Origin: Diplonema japonicum
Lineage: Eukaryota; Protista; Euglenozoa: Diplonemea
Assembly: GCA_964019335.1 (NCBI GenBank)
Contig: OZ025765.1
Span: 1-50,167, forward strand
Length of the DNA: 50,167 nucleotides
Direction: 5' to 3'
Both the position numbers and the translations under genes were made by a program. Shown here in pieces: positions 44,487 to 50,167 of the stretch (position 1 is its first letter; the number at the start of each line of letters is the position of its first letter). A model generated the notes under the pieces. The model had not been told where the DNA came from and did no database searches. It saw only the letters and a list, made by a program, of their open reading frames with translations.

Positions 44487-46679
44487 ATGCCAGTGTGTTC
44501 TGGGCTCCAGAAAGCCATAGGGCGCCTTGTCAACAGGGAAGGCGAGAGCTTAGCAGAAAGGAACAAGAAACACACATTGGTCGCGATCCTGCTTACGATG
44601 CTGGTTTGCGGCATGACGCTGATGATTCTTGTCGAGAAGACCGCATGGCTCCTCATCCCTTACGTACTGGGTTTCATCTGCTCCTCCACAATGCTGGGCA
44701 GAATAATATTCCTGAAAGAGCTGCGCATGAACGAGTTTCTCCTCCTATGCCTTGCCTACTACGTTTCTGTGGCCATCCTGGACATCTATCACACTGTCGA
44801 AGGAAGCGAATTTTCCTGGACATTTTTCATCATAGTACTGGACCTGCAGCTTACACTGGACGTTCCAAAAGAACATACCTACACCCTCCTAGTAGCTATA
44901 ATAATCTGGTTTAGTACAATGCAGGCTGAGAAAGCGTACCGATTCGGGCTACTGGATCTACCAGGCCTTCCGGGTGATGAAGTAAGACGGGCGAAGACAG
45001 ACTGCGAGAACCCGCCTTGCAAGCACTTTGGGGGTTCGCTGTTCCTCCAGCTTCTTGTTTTTCTAACAGATTTTTACATAACAAGACGCTTTGCAACCCG
45101 CCTTCGTAAAGAACGAGACAGAATGCAGAAATCAATTGTTACAACCAATCAAATCGCGTCAGCACTGTCGCAGTACGACCTCGAAGAAGCAGAAGCATAC
45201 CTTATAAAGGCAGCACATGAGATTCCGCCTGAAATCCACGTAGCACTGGACACATTATTGTCAAACTTAAAAGCGTACCGACCTTATCTTCCAGACGCGT
45301 TGTTTGAAGGGATGACGGTCCCTCCTGAGTACATCGGTGACATCGCTCCTGGTTTGAAAAACAACACCGCTGCCATAGCGTTCACAGACATCCAAGGGTC
45401 GACATCCACATGGGAAGCTTGCCCTACTGGAATGCGTGAGGCGTTAAAAGTTCACGACGATGTCCTCCGACAATGCATCAGCACGTTCAAAGGGTACGAG
45501 GTGAAGACAATCGGTGACTCATTCATGGCAGCGTTCACAGATGCATGCGACGCTGTTGGTTTCGGGCTTGCCGTTCAAGTAAAACTCGCATACTCAGCAT
45601 GGCCGGACGAGCTCACGGAAATCGGATATTACAAATGGGACGAAACCGGACCATGGTGCGGGCTCCGTGTGAGAATCGGCGTTCACTTCGGCACCACCAC
45701 CGTCGAGCTGAACCCTGTAACCTCCAGATACGACTACTTTGGAACAACCGTTAACATGGCATCACGGCTGGAATCAGCTTGTATAGGAGGCTCAGTTGCT
45801 GTAACGGCAGATGTGTTGTCTACACTGCCCGGCGAAATGAAAGAATCACTGGTAATAGTACAGGGGGGCAAGGTCGCCTTGAAGGGTATTACCGAAATGG
45901 TGAGCTTGGTGGTTCTGTTTCCGGACAGTTTGTACGGGCGGCGCTTCTACGCAGAACAGGAGCTTCAGAAGCCCCGTGAGCAACGGGTAGCTAAACTGAC
46001 GCAAGACCTCGAACCAATAGACACGATGAGCTCCGTCTCGAGCACGATGCTGCACGGGAAGTCTGATGTATTAACAAGGCTGCCTAGTATTTCCACCGCC
46101 GTCGTGATTTTAACCCCTTCCGGTGGGCTGGACAGTGAGCGGAATTTAACGGACGGGTACAATTCAGGTGTTGCAAAGGTTGTAACGTGTTCCGAGCGGT
46201 CCGACGGCACCATCGCTACCATGCAGGGTAGCAGCATAGCAGTTACATGGAATGCTGTTAAGCGGTGTCCTTCCCATTTATCGGCATCGTTCCGTTTTGT
46301 GGATCATTTGTTGAGACTGATGCCGCCTGTTAGTTGTAATGGTGATCTTAATATGTTTGCGAACACTGGGCTCTCGAATGGGCCCACCGTGCACGGGACA
46401 GTGTGTGGTGGCCCGCGGCAGCGGTTCATCACGCAGGTGGGGAAGTGTTCGCATCTTGCTTCGTACCTCAGCAGTTGTGCGTTTGAGCATAAGGAGTTTT
46501 GCCTTTATGCTGGGTTCCATGACAAAGTGTCGAGCCTGTCTCCTGTGCCCCCTTCGGTCATATTTGTTGTAAGGTTTCTAGATGGTGTGGAGCTTGACGT
46601 GACGAACCCCTTGGAGAATGGGGAGTCAGTAGTAACCGCCTTGGAGAGAGTCGTGCCTGTCAGAAGTTTGAATGTTTAA
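44487..46679 (+). CDS. Multi-pass membrane class III adenylate cyclase
   Basis: About six hydrophobic helices, then AFTDIQGST, VKTIGDSFM, RIGVHFG and DYFGTTVNMASRLES. A degenerate cyclase-like C-terminal region follows. Confidence 0.92.
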   Translation: MPVCSGLQKAIGRLVNREGESLAERNKKHTLVAILLTMLVCGMTLMILVEKTAWLLIPYVLGFICSSTMLGRIIFLKELRMNEFLLLCLAYYVSVAILDIYHTVEGSEFSWTFFIIVLDLQLTLDVPKEHTYTLLVAIIIWFSTMQAEKAYRFGLLDLPGLPGDEVRRAKTDCENPPCKHFGGSLFLQLLVFLTDFYITRRFATRLRKERDRMQKSIVTTNQIASALSQYDLEEAEAYLIKAAHEIPPEIHVALDTLLSNLKAYRPYLPDALFEGMTVPPEYIGDIAPGLKNNTAAIAFTDIQGSTSTWEACPTGMREALKVHDDVLRQCISTFKGYEVKTIGDSFMAAFTDACDAVGFGLAVQVKLAYSAWPDELTEIGYYKWDETGPWCGLRVRIGVHFGTTTVELNPVTSRYDYFGTTVNMASRLESACIGGSVAVTADVLSTLPGEMKESLVIVQGGKVALKGITEMVSLVVLFPDSLYGRRFYAEQELQKPREQRVAKLTQDLEPIDTMSSVSSTMLHGKSDVLTRLPSISTAVVILTPSGGLDSERNLTDGYNSGVAKVVTCSERSDGTIATMQGSSIAVTWNAVKRCPSHLSASFRFVDHLLRLMPPVSCNGDLNMFANTGLSNGPTVHGTVCGGPRQRFITQVGKCSHLASYLSSCAFEHKEFCLYAGFHDKVSSLSPVPPSVIFVVRFLDGVELDVTNPLENGESVVTALERVVPVRSLNV

Positions 46680-46738
46680 AACGCCCTCATCGTAAAAATA
46701 GGCAGAATCAAGGCCCTCATCGTAAAAATAAACGCAGC

Positions 46739-46936
46739 ATGCGGGCACGGAAGAAGCGAGCAGAAAAGAGTGAAGCCCCTCATCGCCATTGGAGGTACAG
46801 GACCCACCCCACGCACGACAAGCTGATGGAATTGAAAGCCGCCCACAAGCGGGACCGCATCACACGGCACCGCAAGACGCTCACAGCCTCGACCGGGATG
46901 AAAGCAATGCTCCAGAAGGGGAGTATTAACAGATAG
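46739..46936 (+). mobile_element. 3' fragment of a LINE related to the 27395-31740 element
   Basis: THDKLMELKAAHKRDRITRHRKTL..G....QKGSINR* aligns with the LINE C-terminus TATKLKGLREDYRKERIGRYKRQL..G....QKGSIIR*. Confidence 0.7.
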
Positions 46937-47020
46937 AGGGCTTGTCCTGTACTTTGAGTTTCTTTTGGTGGCTTTCCAGCTCTCACGTTTTTTTTCTTTC
47001 TTTTTTCTACTCTTTTTTTC

Positions 47021-47545
47021 CGCACGCATTAAGGACACGACGCGGAACGCAGAAGAAGCTACTGCTCGGCCGAGGAGCGCCCCCTGTAATCAAGTAGGTA
47101 GTTCGTGCTTCATTGCACGCTTAACACCACCTAGTGTTGCAATCAAAGCCCCATTTTTTCCCTAGTACTGACCATACCCCCTCCCCTTCTTCTAGGGGCC
47201 TGCGGCTTACGCGCGGAGTTTGCATGTGACATCATCTCTCTCTTTTTTTTTTTTCTTTTTCCAAGGTGGTGGGGATAACATGGAAATATAAAGAAGTACA
47301 TCAGATGTGTTGTTCGCTGTTGACCTCCTCGTCGGTCATGCTCAGGGTGACGAACAGGCAGCAAACTGCACGAGCACCGAATCTTGGTTACCCGGGACGC
47401 CCCGGCTGGGGTTGAGCTGCACACCGCATGCATTAAGGACACGACGCGGAACGCAGAAGAAGCTAACTCGGCCGCAGTTGCGTAACCAGTGATCAAGTAG
47501 ACAGTTCTTTGTGCAGGGCGCCGCCAACACCGGCCTCCTTAACTC
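47021..47545 (+). repeat. Two CpG-intact copies of a dispersed non-coding repeat
   Basis: GCATTAAGGACACGACGCGGAACGCAGAAGAAGCTA occurs at ~47026 and ~47430. Confidence 0.85.
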
Positions 47546-48456
47546 TAATATTTTTTTCTCCACTCATCGATTTCAACTTTGGACCCCCCCCCCCCCCCGT
47601 AATTTGTGACAATCATTTTTTTTTTTTTTACCCGTGGGTAAACAAAATTTTTCGATACGCATGATTAAATTCTCAAAGAAGATTTTCAGGAAAGTAAAAA
47701 AAAAAAAAAGGGGGAAAAAATGGCTCTCCAAGCAGTGGGAAATGGGGCATCCCCGCCACTGCTTTTGTGAGGATCAATATTTTTCGTCGTCTGAAAACAT
47801 TGTTGTTGGTTGTTATTACCCCCCTTTTTTTTTTGTCCCTCTTCTCATTTTTTTTTTTGAAAGGGTATAAAGATACCCCCTTCACGCGTTGAAAATAAGA
47901 ATTGTAAATTGCTATTTTTTTTTTTTAAATGAGAAAGAACTTGCTTTATCCTTGTTCCCGAGCAAAAAGAATAGATTGTAAAAAGGGGGGGGGGGGGGGG
48001 GGGATAATATCCATCCAAAATAATGTGTTTTTTTTTCCAAAATAATTCTTTTTTTTTTCCCCCGGGTATTTTCCCGCTCCAAATTTTTTTAGGGGCAATG
48101 AAATTAAAATCTTTTTGATTCGCCAGATAACCTAGCGCTTTGTCCTTTAATACTTTTGCTCGAGTGAAAAAAATAAAAAAACAACAGCAACAAATTCAAA
48201 ACTGTCCCCCCCCCCCCCCCCCTTCTCTCTTCTTCTTCTTCTTCTTTTTTTCTAAATTGAAAAAGCCTTCCTTCCTTATAGGGTTCGCGTCACTTTACAG
48301 CTAACGCAGCCCCCCCCCCCCCCCCCCCCCCCCGTCCTTCTTTTATAATTGAACAACAGAAAAAAAAAAACGAAAGAAAGAAAGAAAGAAAGAAAAAAAA
48401 AACAATTTTTTTGTACCGTACCTAGGACTTAATATGGAACGAAACATATTTGGTTA

Positions 48457-50009
48457 CTGTAAAACAAAAATCCACCGGAAGATAAAATATCCGGACCGCC
48501 GAAACATCCGGTGATTTTTTCTTCCGGACATTCTTTTGGGCACTTTTCTAAGGGGGTACCTAGCCTGCCCTACGCACTGCCCCCTCTGTCTAAACTTATA
48601 TTTCTGTTGCAAGAGTCTTAAGAACGGCAAAAATAAAATTCAAATTAACAGACGAAAGCTGCATGCTCTAAAAAGGGAAGGACATATCTCGCGACCCCTC
48701 CAGGTGCTGACCTCTTCAGGTGACTGAAATGATATTGCAAGTGGGAATATCTTCAGGTGAGAGGCACCCTTCAATGGCTGCGTCCCAGCAGGTTGGAGAG
48801 TACTTTTCCCGACAATAGAACTAAAAAAGGGGGCGAGGAAAGGGCAGCATCTTACCTGTCCGCACGTCTGGCCGTCTTGTTTGCTGCCTCCGCAGCCTTG
48901 GCAGTGCGCCTGGCCTCGGCCTTAATGGCACAAATAGGTGAGGTCTGGGGGGACAAACGCTAAGTGAACGTTTGTTTCCGAAAACAAGTTCACAAAAGCC
49001 TGCGTAGTGTGGACATTGTAGTCATCAATGATGAGTAGGATGGGCTCGGTGGGTGCTCAGCCCGATGACTCGATGAGGTTGTAGCAAAGGGGAGAAACAA
49101 ATCTTTTACCCAGAGACGAAGCGTTTCCTGGGTGGCCCAGTGAGATTTCGAAGCTGTTAAACTCCAGCCTTTTGGGGGGTGTGCAACACGAGGGAAGGAC
49201 CCGAGGTATTTCCTGCCGCGAGCTGGTTCTGTTTTTCCCGTGTAAATTAACTGCGGGTGCAGTTTGCCACCAGTCAGGGAAACGCAAAACTGTCCGGTGA
49301 CGGCGCGCTTGTCCCAAATCCCTAACCTTGACAACCTTGGGACCCCTTTTCGTCTTCTTCCCAGCGGCAGCAGCTGGTCCATGTTCCAGGTCAACCGGCC
49401 TGATCTTTGTGAACCACCTCGCTGCTTGGGTGTCTTTGGGGCTGCTAGACTTCCCTATTGTTGGGCGGCGGCTTGTGATGCCATGCTTGGGGCACAGCTG
49501 GTTGGCCCTCTGCATACAGGCAGATGTCCGACGCTGCTACCGGCACCCCCCTTCCGTTCTGCATCTGGATCCAAACAAAGAGCCTTGTTGTTTCTTCCTA
49601 GTTCAGAAGAGGCTTGCGACCCGCAGTAACGGGTGCGGCAGGGGGATCGACCTTGGAGCTACCAAAGCGGTGCTTCCAGTCTGATATACTGGACATTGGC
49701 TCCATGACGCAAACCCGCAAAAAATAAGAACAATCCTAAAGCAAGCTCAAGAAGTGGTTCGGTTCAACAAGCTTGTGGTAGAAGCAAACAATCAGGATCT
49801 GAGGTGTCTTTTAGTTCTTGGAAAAGTCCGTAATTCAATTCTCTGATTGTTGTTTGATTTTCTCTTACTATAGAAACTAGTTTCATCTGTTTTCGGGTCC
49901 AGCCCTTTAATAAAAGGGGGGTCCCAGGAAAAAAAATGTCCGGAAGAAAAAATATCCGGACCGCCAGAGCTTCCGGACATTTTATCTTCCGGTGATTTTT
50001 GTTTTACAG
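48457..50009 (-). mobile_element. Decayed pogo/Tigger-like (Tc1/mariner superfamily) DNA transposon
   Basis: Terminal inverted repeats CTGTAAAACAAAAATC(C)ACCGGAAGATAAAAT.TCCGGA with TA on both flanks (48455-48456, 50010-50011). Broken DDE transposase: WNMDQ, DKRAVT, QLIYTGKT, SHWA, and LIIDDYNVH in another frame. Confidence 0.88.
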
Positions 50010-50167
50010 TATTTAATTTTAATTCTTTTTTTTTTTTTTTTGGCTCTTTTGGCACCGGGCTTCAGGGGTCCCAAGAACAAAGAAAAAAAAAAAAAAAAAA
50101 AAAAAAAATCATGGTGGGTTAGCCCGGCGAAGGGAACCTGAACACCACAACACCGCGGAGCCAAATT

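Overview
Eukaryotic genomic DNA, most likely a diplonemid (Euglenozoa). This rests on a near-perfect diplonemid-type spliced-leader (SL) exon, apparently intron-less host genes all on the + strand separated by long homopolymer tracts, and a trypanosomatid-style adenylate cyclase. The main find is at the left end: an apparently full-length ~8.7-kb CRE/SLACS-type non-LTR retrotransposon (228-8903, minus strand) inserted in register into a (GGGTTTGC)n telomere-like array. It begins with a reverse-transcribed SL exon and encodes an AlkB-family dioxygenase ORF. An array of UNCG-tetraloop hairpins follows, then a very long ORF (hydrophobic N-terminus, zinc fingers, OTU protease, RT, RLE nuclease, ~700-aa extension). 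Its 5' part and the flank (~6.5-11.3 kb) carry a strong CpG-deamination scar. The rest of the window holds three ubiquitin-like/ankyrin genes, an RCC1-F-box-Arf fusion, a broken P-loop GTPase-like gene with an SL relic, two astacin-mucin-WSC paralogues, an APE-type LINE plus fragments, a Cys-rich secreted protein, a multi-TM adenylate cyclase and a decayed pogo-like DNA transposon. All calls are from motif reading by eye; no searches were run.
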